Below are positions 19,161-28,028 of a DNA stretch of 64,000 nt, one piece after another. Every line of letters starts with the position of its first letter. Within the stretch, counting starts at the first letter, position 1. Made by a program: the position numbers and the translations under genes. The stretch is from Capsulimonadaceae bacterium. Its GTDB lineage: Bacteria > Armatimonadota > Armatimonadia > Armatimonadales > Capsulimonadaceae. The stretch is taken from positions 3,648,001-3,712,000 of the forward strand of contig OZ244065.1 in the NCBI GenBank assembly GCA_965215505.1, read 5' to 3'. The notes under the pieces were generated by a model. It saw only the letters and a program-made list of their open reading frames with translations. It made no database searches and had not been told where the DNA came from.

Positions 19161-20234
19161 ATGAGAATATTCTACACCGCCGACGGCTGGCACAACCATT
19201 TCCCGCCTGCCCTGGCCGACATGGGGCACGAGGTCGTCGAGTTCCAGTACGCCTGGGGGGACACCTACCAGAAGCTGGACCCGAGCCAGAAGCTCCACGC
19301 CGCCCACATCGCCGAGAGCCGGCCCAAAGTGTCGGCGGAACTCGTCCGGCAGATCACGGCGGCGCACCGGGAAAAGCCGATCGACCTGTTCTTCAGCTAC
19401 TTCTACGACGGGATCGTCCTGCCGGAAGCCATTGACGCGATCAAAGACCTGGGCATCGTCACCGCCAACTGGTTCTGCAACGGCTCCTATCAACTCGACC
19501 TGGTCCACACCATCGCCCCCCACTACGATTGGTGCCTCGCCCCGGAGAAGTTCCGCCTGGCCGACTACCGGGCGATGGGCGCACGGCCCCTCTACTGCCA
19601 GGAGGCGGCGAACCCCGGCTTCGACAAGCCCTACGCGCTGCCGGTCGAGTACGACGTCACTTTCGTCGGCCAGGCCTACGGCGACCGGCCCGACTACCTC
19701 AAGTTCCTGCGCGCGGCCGGCCTCGACGTCCGCGTGTGGGGGGCCAACTGGCACCTGCACCGGACTCCCTCCCTGCCGCGCAAATTGTGGCGCTTGGCGC
19801 GCAGGGCGGCGGGCATCAAGCGCCCTCCCTTCCTGACGTTCCCTCCCGACATCCTGGGGGCACCGCTCGGGGACATCGAGATGATCCAGATGTTCAGCCG
19901 CTCCAAGATCAACCTCGGCTTCTCCACCTGCGGCAGCACGCATTTGAACGGCGAGCGCATCCTGCAAGTGCGCCTGCGGGACTTCGAGGTGCCGATGAGC
20001 GGCGGCTTCTACATGGTGGAATACATGGAAGAGTTGGAAGAGTTCTTCGAGGTCGGCAAGGAGGTCGTCTGCTACAATGACCGGCAGGACCTCGCCGACA
20101 AGATCAAGTACTACCTCGCACACGACGCGGAGCGCGAGAAGATCCGGCAGGCCGGCTACGCGCGCTCCCTGCGCGACCACACCTGGCAGAAGCGGCTGGG
20201 GACGGCCTTCAAAGAGATGGGCCTGGATGGCTGA
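19161..20234 (+). CDS. CgeB-like glycosyltransferase
   Basis: YDVTFVG, SKINLGF, RLRDFEVP..GGF, EREKIRQAG..DHTW. Confidence 0.85.
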   Translation: MRIFYTADGWHNHFPPALADMGHEVVEFQYAWGDTYQKLDPSQKLHAAHIAESRPKVSAELVRQITAAHREKPIDLFFSYFYDGIVLPEAIDAIKDLGIVTANWFCNGSYQLDLVHTIAPHYDWCLAPEKFRLADYRAMGARPLYCQEAANPGFDKPYALPVEYDVTFVGQAYGDRPDYLKFLRAAGLDVRVWGANWHLHRTPSLPRKLWRLARRAAGIKRPPFLTFPPDILGAPLGDIEMIQMFSRSKINLGFSTCGSTHLNGERILQVRLRDFEVPMSGGFYMVEYMEELEEFFEVGKEVVCYNDRQDLADKIKYYLAHDAEREKIRQAGYARSLRDHTWQKRLGTAFKEMGLDG

Positions 20235-20252
20235 ACCGAATGGCTGAACCGA

Positions 20253-21029
20253 ATGGTTAGAGTTCCGCTGCTGAACCGGGCCGTGTACCGCCTCCTCCAA
20301 CGGGCGGGCGGCGTCCGGGGGGAGGAGATCTCCAAGGGCTACATCCGGCTGCTGCTGCCGCCGGACCCCGTCATCGTGGACGCCGGGGCGCACGTCGGCG
20401 GGGACACCGCCGCCATGAGCCGCCTGTGGCCGGGCGGGACCGTCCACGCCTTCGAGCCGGTGCCTCACGTCTTCGCGCAGCTCCGCGCGAACGTCGGGGG
20501 CCTGCCGAACGTCCGGTGCTACCCCGTCGCGCTGGCGGCCGAGACCGGCAGAGGCGTCCTGCACGTCAGCCACGGCGGGGACGCTTCCAGCTCGCTGCTG
20601 GCCCCCAAAGAACACCTGGCCCTCAACCCGCACGTCACCTTCCCCGAGACGGTCACGGTCGAGACCTGGACGCTGGACGACTGGGCCGGGCGCGAGGGCT
20701 GCGCGCGCATAGACTTCCTCTGGCTGGACATGCAGGGCGCGGAGCTTGCCATGCTGAAGGCCGCCCCGCGCCTGCTCGCCACGGCCCACGCCGTCCACCT
20801 GGAAGTGGCCTCCGTCGAGCTGTACCGGGGCAACCCGCTCTTTCCCGAGGTCTGCGAGTGGATGGCGGGGCAGGGGTTCCGGCTGGAAGCCGCCGAGATC
20901 GACCCCCTCAGCAGTGGCAACGCCCTGTTCGTCCGGCAGGGCACCCCGCTGGCCTGGGGGCGGCTGCTGGGGATGGCGGCCCGCAAGGCCCTCCGGGTCC
21001 TGCGCCTCTCGCCCAGGGGACGCCCATGA
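20253..21029 (+). CDS. FkbM-family methyltransferase
   Basis: DAGAHVG, HAFEP, WLDMQGAEL. Confidence 0.9.
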   Translation: MVRVPLLNRAVYRLLQRAGGVRGEEISKGYIRLLLPPDPVIVDAGAHVGGDTAAMSRLWPGGTVHAFEPVPHVFAQLRANVGGLPNVRCYPVALAAETGRGVLHVSHGGDASSSLLAPKEHLALNPHVTFPETVTVETWTLDDWAGREGCARIDFLWLDMQGAELAMLKAAPRLLATAHAVHLEVASVELYRGNPLFPEVCEWMAGQGFRLEAAEIDPLSSGNALFVRQGTPLAWGRLLGMAARKALRVLRLSPRGRP

Positions 21030-22054
21030 CCGAACCACTGCCCACGGGCGGCCGGGTGACCTGGATACTGTCGGTCAAGGACGGGATGCCCTACTTGACC
21101 GAGACTCTGGCCTCCATCGGGGCGCAGACCTACCCCGACTGGGAGGTCTTCGCGTGGGTCAACGGCTCCTCCGACGGCACTCTGGAGGAGCTTCGGCGCT
21201 GGATACCCTCGCGCCTGCCGGGCCGGGTCGTCGCCGACCGGCCCTCCAACTACGGCGAGGCGGTCGGAACGATGATCGCCGAGTCCCGCACGGAGCTATG
21301 CGCCCTGATCCACGCCGACGACGTCAACGCCCCTGAGCGGCTGGAGCGGCAGGTGGCTTTTTTGAATGCCCACCCCGAGGTCGCCCTCGTCGGCAGCCGC
21401 TACGATGTCATTGACGGCGAGAGCCGCCCGGTCGTAGGTCCGGGCGGGCCGGGCCACCGCTACACGGACCACGATGGCATCGTCCACATGATGCTGATGG
21501 AAAGCCCGCTCGGCTGCCCCACCGTCCTGTTCCGGCGCAGCGCGGTCCTTGAGGCCGGCAACCACCGGCACGTCCCGTTCGTCGAGGACTACGACCTGTG
21601 GATGCGTCTGGCCCGGCACCACACGCTGGCGACACTGGCCGAACCCTTACTGCACTACCGCATCCATGCCGGCAGCGCGACCACCTGGGCCTCGGCGGCA
21701 AACCTCGTCGTCCCCGCCGCCGCCGCCTGCTTCGCCCGCAACGCCCCCGCGCTCTACGGACTCTCCGAGGCCGAGGCTTTGCGCCTGCGGCAGCAGAAAC
21801 ACCCCTTCGCGCTCGTGCCCCTGGTGCGGGCCGCCCGCCACCTCAGCCGGACGCAGGGCGGGACGACGGCGGGCCGGTTCTTCTCGCCCTCCTTCATCCA
21901 GGGCAGCCGGGGCGTAATCAAGCCGACCGATCTGCTGTCACGGGTGCCGCTGGCGATTCTGGCCTACTGGCGCAGCCCCGGCCGTCTGCTGGCGACGCTT
22001 CGGGCGCGGGTCAGGGCGCGGCTTGCAGCGCGGCGGGCGCGCGAGGGCGGGTGA
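21026..22054 (+). CDS. GT2 glycosyltransferase
   Basis: NGSSDGT, HADD..PERLERQ, EDYDLWMRL; ATG overlaps the upstream stop. Confidence 0.88.
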   Translation: MTEPLPTGGRVTWILSVKDGMPYLTETLASIGAQTYPDWEVFAWVNGSSDGTLEELRRWIPSRLPGRVVADRPSNYGEAVGTMIAESRTELCALIHADDVNAPERLERQVAFLNAHPEVALVGSRYDVIDGESRPVVGPGGPGHRYTDHDGIVHMMLMESPLGCPTVLFRRSAVLEAGNHRHVPFVEDYDLWMRLARHHTLATLAEPLLHYRIHAGSATTWASAANLVVPAAAACFARNAPALYGLSEAEALRLRQQKHPFALVPLVRAARHLSRTQGGTTAGRFFSPSFIQGSRGVIKPTDLLSRVPLAILAYWRSPGRLLATLRARVRARLAARRAREGG

Positions 22055-22173
22055 TCCGGTTCGCGCGTTGTCCCCGACCGGCGAAGCGTCCCGGTCATTC
22101 ATGGCCGGGTTCCGCTGACCACCCCGCCGGGGCCGCGTCCCCCCTTACGGCCCGCCCTCAACCCCCCGCCCAC

Positions 22174-22482
22174 TCACAGCAGCCGCCAGGCGCACTCCGC
22201 CGCGCAGGCCGCGAGCAGGCCGACCCACCCGGCCTCGAAGGCGCGCTCGATCCAGTCCGTCTTGTGCCGATCCACCTTGGGCCGGTCCGTCCGGGGCGCG
22301 GGGGCGGCAGGGCGGCCGGCCTCCTCCACCGGGGCGGGCGCGAAATGCAGCCGCCCGGTCTGGAGGCGGGGCATGGCCGGGTGGGTCGGCCTCTCGATCC
22401 GGCCCGGCCCCGCGACCGGCGGGCAAACCTCCCGCTCATTAAGGCTGCCGACGCTCCATGATTTGTCTAGTAGCTGAGTCAT
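22174..22482 (-). CDS. Small hypothetical protein with C-terminal hydrophobic helix
   Basis: GGAG RBS; ends AFEAGWVGLLAACAAECAWRLL. Confidence 0.5.
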   Translation of the reverse strand: MTQLLDKSWSVGSLNEREVCPPVAGPGRIERPTHPAMPRLQTGRLHFAPAPVEEAGRPAAPAPRTDRPKVDRHKTDWIERAFEAGWVGLLAACAAECAWRLL

Positions 22483-22692
22483 CGTGTGTCTCCTGCGATC
22501 ACCTGCGAAGGCCGCTTCATTGCGGCGCCTCCGTAGAAATAGTATGGCGCGCGAGCCGGGCGGCGCGTGTGTCGTTCGTCACGCCCGCGCCGTGAAATGC
22601 CGCCCACCCCGCCCCCGCCGGTGGGACCCGGCCCGGCGGCGCGCTGTTTCTGGGGAAGACGCAAGAAAAATCACCGGGTTTCCCGTCAACCC

Positions 22693-22748
22693 TTGACTTT
22701 TTATGAAAACCTGCCTATAATGGACTCATATCCCCCCAGGGGGGTATG
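22693..22748 (+). promoter_or_regulatory. sigma70 promoter and CsoR/RcnR-type operator
   Basis: TTGACT-N17-TATAAT; CATATCCCCCC-A-GGGGGGTATG C/G-tract pseudo-palindrome at 22727-22748. Confidence 0.8.
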
Positions 22749-22771
22749 CGGATGGCCGCAGGAGCGATGGC

Positions 22772-23074
22772 ATGTCCGACCGCGAAGACCCCGCGCAGGA
22801 AGACACCAGGCGTGAAGACCTGGCCCGTGAAGACGTGGCAAAGCGTCTGGCCCGGATCGCCGGGCACGCCGCCAGCCTGAAACGCTTCTGGGACGAAGAC
22901 CGCGAGTGTGTCGAGATGCTCACCCAGATCTCCGCCGTGCGCGCCGCGCTGGACCAGGTCGGCAAGACGATCCTGGAGCAGCATGTGGACCACGCCATGC
23001 GCGACGCCCTGGCGCGCGGCGACGCCGACGACCCGGCCCGCGACTTGAAAAAGGCCATCGACCGCCTCCTCTAA
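22772..23074 (+). CDS. CsoR/RcnR-family metal-sensing repressor
   Basis: RLARIAGH..RECVEMLTQISAVRAAL..LEQHVDH. Confidence 0.9.
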   Translation: MSDREDPAQEDTRREDLAREDVAKRLARIAGHAASLKRFWDEDRECVEMLTQISAVRAALDQVGKTILEQHVDHAMRDALARGDADDPARDLKKAIDRLL

Positions 23075-23113
23075 AGTGTCAATCGTTCGCTCAGTGTTCT
23101 CGAAAGGAACAGC

Positions 23114-23194
23114 ATGGAACCCGGCAGTAGTCAGGTGCCTCCCAGTACGGGCGGCACATCCAGACCTAGACAATCAGTTTTGACCGGCCCGTAG
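23114..23194 (+). CDS. Putative Pro-rich leader peptide (26 aa)
   Basis: AAGGA RBS; MEPGSSQVPPSTGGTSRPRQSVLTGP*; upstream of the NRAMP-related operon. Confidence 0.45.
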   Translation: MEPGSSQVPPSTGGTSRPRQSVLTGP

Positions 23195-23435
23195 TGTCTC
23201 GATCGCTCGATAGCGTGACTTCCTGAGTCCCCCGCTGTCGCCCCGCTCGCTCCGCTCACGGCCCCCGGTCGTGAGGTGAAGCGAGACAGCGGCGATGGCC
23301 CCCGCCTGGAACCCCCTTCCGGCACGCCCTCCCTAAACCCTGTCTCCCCTGACCTCTCTGCACACTCCAAGCCTTACGGCTTGCGGCTGCCGGCGCGTCC
23401 GCGCCTGCGCCATCACAGAGAAGAGGAGACGTCCC

Positions 23436-23756
23436 ATGCAGACCCAGTTCGTGACTCAGCCGTCACCGAAGGCCGCGCCCGTCCTCGCCCGGCCCGTCCT
23501 CGCCTGGGAGGACCAGGTGCAGGTCGCCGCCGACGTGCTGGGCCTGATCCCCCTCCTGAACATCCCCGCCGAGATCGTCAGCGGCCTGCTCTCGCTCCGC
23601 CGCAAGGACTACGTCGGCTTCGGCCTGTCGGTGGCCGGCCTGGTCCCCCTGCAAGGCGAGGCCGCCGTCGCCCTCAAGCTCGCCCGGACCGCCCAGCAGC
23701 TCGCTCGGCAGAACCAGGCTCATAAGACCAGCCGGGACACCGCCCAGGCCGCCTGA
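23436..23756 (+). CDS. Small hypothetical protein resembling a pre-toxin helical hairpin
   Basis: GAGGAG RBS; DVLGLIP..AEIVSGLL...DYVGFGLSVAGLVP. Confidence 0.7.
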   Translation: MQTQFVTQPSPKAAPVLARPVLAWEDQVQVAADVLGLIPLLNIPAEIVSGLLSLRRKDYVGFGLSVAGLVPLQGEAAVALKLARTAQQLARQNQAHKTSRDTAQAA

Positions 23757-23862
23757 CGCCCTCTAGGCCGCCTGACGCCCTCTAGGCCGCCTGACGCCGT
23801 CCGCCTGACGCCGTCCGCCTGACGCGGGGACAGGTGCCGGCGCCGTGCGCGTCAATGAGTCG

Positions 23863-24007
23863 GACGAGTGATTAAAATCACTCGCTTCGGCAGGATTTGT
23901 CCAGGGGACAAGCGGACGGGACGCTGCCGCACGGCTGCCCTGATGTCCTTCCCTTCTCTTCTGTCCCCTGGACAGGTCCCGATCAGCGAGTGATTTCAAT
24001 CACTCGT
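23863..24007. repeat. REPIN-like element (same family as 17634)
   Basis: GAGTGATTAAAATCACTC..TGTCCAGGGGACA and inverted arm. Confidence 0.85.
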
Positions 24008-24070
24008 TTTAGTTCGGCCCGGCACCTGCCTGAACCCGACCCTAACCCACAGTAAAGGAGGAAGCAGCCC

Positions 24071-25438
24071 ATGAATACGGTCGAAACGAATGCGGTCGAG
24101 ACGAACGACTTCGAGACGCAGCCCGCGCCGGGCGGGACGGCAGCCCAGGCGCCCAAAGGCATCGCCGTCCGTCGGCCGTGGCAGCGCAGCCTGCTCACCT
24201 TCCTCCTGGTCGTCGGGCCGGGCCTGATCGTCATGGCCGCCGACAACGATGCCGGGGCCGTCTCCACCTACACCCAGGCGGGGGCGCAGTACGGGACGCA
24301 CCTGCTCTGGCTGCTGGTCCTGCTGCTGCCGACCTGCTACTTCATCCAGGAGATGGTCGCCCGACTCGGCATCGCGACGGGGCAGGGCCACGCGGCCATG
24401 ATCTACCAGCGCTTCGGCAAGGCGTGGGGCGTTTTCTCACTGGTGGACCTGCTGGTCCTGAACTTCCTGACCCTCGTGACCGAGTTCGCGGGCGTCTCCC
24501 TGGCCGCCGCGCCCTTGGGGCTGTCGCCGCTGCTGGTGGTTCCACTGGCCGCCGCCGCCCTGATGGCGCTGGTGACGACCGGCAGCTACCGGCGCTGGGA
24601 GCGCATGACCATCACGCTCTGCCTGCTGAACCTGGCCTGGATCGTCCTGGCCGTCGCCTGCCGCCCGCACGGCGGGGAGGCGCTGCACGACCTGGCCGTG
24701 CCGAACATCCCGCACGGCGGGCTGACCTCTGGGCTGGTCTTCACGGTCATCGCCATCGTCGGGACCACCATCGCGCCCTGGCAGCTCTTCTTCCAGCAGA
24801 GTACGGTCGCCGACAAGAAGCTGCGCTTCTCGGACCTGAAGTTCGCCCGGCTGGACACGTTCCTGGGGGCCTGCCTGACCGTCACCGTCGCGGGCTGCAT
24901 GATGCTGATCGGGGACGCCGCCTTCCGGCACCACCTGCCGTTCAATGCCGGCGACTTCGACCCGGCCAAGATGGCGGTCGCCCTGGGGCACCTCTTCGGG
25001 CCGTGGTTCAAGACCGGCATCCTGCTGCTGATGGTGGACGCGGCGATCTTGGGCGCGACGACGATCTCGCTGTCCTCGGCCTACGCCTACGGCGAGGTGC
25101 GCGGCTGGTCCCACGGCTTGCAGCAGGGGGTCAAGGAAGCGCCGGGCTTCTACGGTACCTACGTCGCCTGCGTCGCCCTGGCCGCCGGCCTGGTGCTGAT
25201 CCCGCGTGCGCCCTTGCAGCTCATCATCGTCAGCGTGCAGGTGCTGGCCGGGGTCATGCTGCCCTCGGCCATCGTCTTCTTGCAGCTTTTGCTGAATGAC
25301 CGCGCTTTGCTTGGCGACAAGTGGGCGAACAAGCCCTGGAACAACGTGGTGAACTGGACGATCATCGCCGTCCTGTTCGCGCTTTCGCTCATCCTGACCC
25401 TGCAAGTGGTCGCGCCGAACCTCTTCCCGGCGTCCTGA
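24071..25438 (+). CDS. NRAMP-related divalent cation (probably Mg2+) transporter
   Basis: GPGLIVMAADNDAG, QEMVARLG, GTTIAPWQLFFQQS; DNDAG replaces the canonical DPGN. Confidence 0.9.
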   Translation: MNTVETNAVETNDFETQPAPGGTAAQAPKGIAVRRPWQRSLLTFLLVVGPGLIVMAADNDAGAVSTYTQAGAQYGTHLLWLLVLLLPTCYFIQEMVARLGIATGQGHAAMIYQRFGKAWGVFSLVDLLVLNFLTLVTEFAGVSLAAAPLGLSPLLVVPLAAAALMALVTTGSYRRWERMTITLCLLNLAWIVLAVACRPHGGEALHDLAVPNIPHGGLTSGLVFTVIAIVGTTIAPWQLFFQQSTVADKKLRFSDLKFARLDTFLGACLTVTVAGCMMLIGDAAFRHHLPFNAGDFDPAKMAVALGHLFGPWFKTGILLLMVDAAILGATTISLSSAYAYGEVRGWSHGLQQGVKEAPGFYGTYVACVALAAGLVLIPRAPLQLIIVSVQVLAGVMLPSAIVFLQLLLNDRALLGDKWANKPWNNVVNWTIIAVLFALSLILTLQVVAPNLFPAS

Positions 25439-25469
25439 CGCCTTAACATCAGATAGAACGGAGACGACG

Positions 25470-25691
25470 ATGGCAGCACTGATGACCGACACCGTACACT
25501 TGCAGGTGGTTCACCCGCTGGACGACATCGCCGAAGAGAAATGCAGCCCGGTGGGCCTGGGCCGGATGCCCCTGAGCGGGAGCGTCAAGGTTTCCCTGTA
25601 CGCCTTGCAGGGCTATCTGGTGCTGATCGGCCTGGCCGTCGGCTACCGCGTCCTGACGCTGGCGGGTGCGTTCGGCCATCATATGCACTGA
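25470..25691 (+). CDS. Small membrane protein linked to the NRAMP-related transporter
   Basis: GGAG RBS; single TM ALQGYLVLIGLAVGYRV. Confidence 0.7.
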   Translation: MAALMTDTVHLQVVHPLDDIAEEKCSPVGLGRMPLSGSVKVSLYALQGYLVLIGLAVGYRVLTLAGAFGHHMH

Positions 25692-25733
25692 CCGGGTGCG
25701 CCCCCGCGACACGCGGCGGGGCGAGGAGCGACC

Positions 25734-26477
25734 ATGCCTCGAAAACTTATTGCCCCCCTCCTGGCGGCCTTCACCCTGGCCGCCGCGCCTGCCTTTGCCA
25801 CGACCAAGGGCCTGAACCAGATCGTCACGCCGGACGTCCAGCCGTTCGGCATCCTGTCGGTCAGCTTCCAGCAGCAGGACCCCAACATCGCCAACCGCTA
25901 CGAGGTCCAGGCGGAGATCGGCATCACCCGCCGCTTTGAGGTCGCCGTCTTCCAGGGCCACTCGCCGCCGGAGCAGGTCGCCAACGCCGAATACGCCGTC
26001 GTCCAGAACGGGCCGAACCAGCCGTACCTCTTGTCGGCCGGCTTCTTCAACTGGACGACCAAAGGGTCGGCCCCGCAGCCCTACGCCGAGGGCGGCTACT
26101 ACAAGGGCAACACCCAGCTCATGCTCGGCCTCGCCAGCGTCATCGTCCAGCACCCCGACGTGGCAGGCCTTGTCCAGAACAGCCACCAGGCGCAGGCCAT
26201 CCTCGGGTACGGCTACCGCGTCCACCCGCGCGTCCTGCTCCAGCTCGACTACCAGAGCGGCACGGCCAACTCCGCCACGGCGGGCCTGACCTACAGCATT
26301 ACGCCCCAGCTCCAGTTCAACCCCGCCGTCTACGTCTCCAACGCCGAGGGCCACAAGGTCTGGGGCTACGCCGTGCTGACCTGGAACGTGGACGTGTTCG
26401 CGCCCAAACCTGCCCAGCCGCCCGCCCCCGCCACCCTGCCCAAGTCGCAGGGCCAGCAGAACACGCCCGCCCCGTAG
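25734..26477 (+). CDS. Secreted, probable outer-membrane beta-barrel protein
   Basis: GAGGAG RBS; signal peptide AFA; alternating aromatic strands, ..VLTWN near the C-terminus. Confidence 0.65.
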   Translation: MPRKLIAPLLAAFTLAAAPAFATTKGLNQIVTPDVQPFGILSVSFQQQDPNIANRYEVQAEIGITRRFEVAVFQGHSPPEQVANAEYAVVQNGPNQPYLLSAGFFNWTTKGSAPQPYAEGGYYKGNTQLMLGLASVIVQHPDVAGLVQNSHQAQAILGYGYRVHPRVLLQLDYQSGTANSATAGLTYSITPQLQFNPAVYVSNAEGHKVWGYAVLTWNVDVFAPKPAQPPAPATLPKSQGQQNTPAP

Positions 26478-26606
26478 GGACGCGATTCATCGCGCCCTGT
26501 TCTCCTGTTGCCCCCTGTTCTCCTGTTGCCCCCTGTTCTCCTGTTGCCCCCTGTTCTCCTGCCGCGCCCTGTTCCCCTGCCGCGCCCTGTTCCCCTGCCG
26601 CGCCCT
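26474..26606 (+). repeat. GTAG-REP followed by 18-bp tandem repeat
   Basis: GTAGGGACGCGATTCATCGCGCCC then about 6 units of CCCTGTTCTCCTGTTGCC/CCCTGTTCCCCTGCCGCG. Confidence 0.8.
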
Positions 26607-26646
26607 CTTTCATATCAACAAAGGCAAAAATAGCCAGCGTTCCGAC

Positions 26647-26663
26647 TTGGCATGGTTTTTGCA
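26647..26663 (+). promoter_or_regulatory. sigma54 -24/-12 promoter
   Basis: TTGGCATGGTTTTTGCA (GG-N10-GC) upstream of a PEP-CTERM gene. Confidence 0.7.
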
Positions 26664-26778
26664 GTAGGTAAAACTACCGGCGTCCCGCAGTACCCCCGCC
26701 AGCGGCATTCGAGCCTCCCTGCCCGTGTTTCTCTTTGTATACCGCCGTCTTTAGCTGATCCCGGAAAGGAACACTGTC

Positions 26779-27666
26779 ATGCGCTCCTTCTGTTCTCTCT
26801 CGTCCAAATCCGGCCCGTTTGCGGCATCGGTTGCTGCCGTTTTCGTGCTGACTGCTCCGGCACAGGCCCAAACCAACCTGTTCTCCGAAACCGTCAGCGT
26901 GGCGGCTGGAAACGCCTCGCAGAGAAGCACGGACCCGACTCAGCCCGCGATCAGCGCCTCCGGCAGCGAGAGCTTCCCTGGCGAGTCCGACTCCGGCCTG
27001 AGCCGGATCACCCAGATCGGGGTCTTCAACGGGAATGCCTCTGCGGATCTGTCCCCTCCCAGCATGTTCCCCGAGTCGCGCGACAGTGTCAACGGCACCT
27101 ATCAGGACATCTGGCAGCTCCGGTATGTGGGAGCCGACCCGCACCCAGGCCCCGCTCGGATTACCCTCGGGGAAGCCGTGAGCGTGGACCTGTCTAACTC
27201 CGGCTCCACACCCTCTTCCGTCGCCAGCAGCGACTTTTCCGGCAACTTCAACCTCTCGGATCAGGGGAATGCGTACCACGAGTACCTTTTCGACGGCCCA
27301 AACGGCACCAGTTCCGACACAGGCGGCATCACCTTGACCTTGCAGCCGGGGGAAGAGTTCGATGTCAGCTACCAGTGGATGGCGCAGGCCGAGGACCTCA
27401 TTGTCAACGGTGCGGTGCCTAGCGGTCCGCTCACGAGCCGTGTGGATTATAGCGGACTCGTGGGCTTCATCGCCCCGGCGGATTACGTCGTCTACAGTGT
27501 GGGACAAAGCACCGGCGGTGTCGGGAATCCCCTCGGCATCCCGCTCTCGTCTCTCCCACCGGTCCCGGAAGCCTCCACAACCGTCTCCTTCGGACTGCTG
27601 CTGGCCCTCGGCGCGGGCGGGCTGGTGGTCGCGGCGCGGCGCAGGAAGGGCGCCCCTTCCCTGTAG
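26779..27666 (+). CDS. PEP-CTERM surface protein
   Basis: Signal peptide (AQA); PVPEASTTVSFGLLLALG + TM + RRRK. Confidence 0.9.
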   Translation: MRSFCSLSSKSGPFAASVAAVFVLTAPAQAQTNLFSETVSVAAGNASQRSTDPTQPAISASGSESFPGESDSGLSRITQIGVFNGNASADLSPPSMFPESRDSVNGTYQDIWQLRYVGADPHPGPARITLGEAVSVDLSNSGSTPSSVASSDFSGNFNLSDQGNAYHEYLFDGPNGTSSDTGGITLTLQPGEEFDVSYQWMAQAEDLIVNGAVPSGPLTSRVDYSGLVGFIAPADYVVYSVGQSTGGVGNPLGIPLSSLPPVPEASTTVSFGLLLALGAGGLVVAARRRKGAPSL

Positions 27667-28028
27667 CTGCCTCCACGGCAGCCGAGCAGAAGGCGCGGGC
27701 GAGAACAGCCGCCCGCGCCTTGTCCATCTAGGCGATCCCCGCCACCCTGCCCCGGTCCGAAGGCCAGCAGAACACGCCCGCCCCGTAGGGGCGCACCTGC
27801 GTGTGTGCCCTCCTTGACCCGTGTGCGCCCTCCTCTTGAAGAAGGGACTGTCGCCCCGCCGCCGGAACGTGGCACCCTGCCCGACCCATATCTGATTCCC
27901 TCGTTCACGCCAGAGGAGCCGCCGACCGCGAGAATGGACGCTTTTGGCGGTTTGAAGTCTTGCCTGGCCTCGGCACCGCTAGGATGCTAACCAGTTCGCG
28001 GCGGACACTCTGGCAACGCGAGGGCGGC

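Noticed and set aside
23075-23435. M-box, yybP-ykoY or NiCo riboswitch
   Set aside because: Their conserved cores were not recognisable by eye; an Rfam scan is still advised
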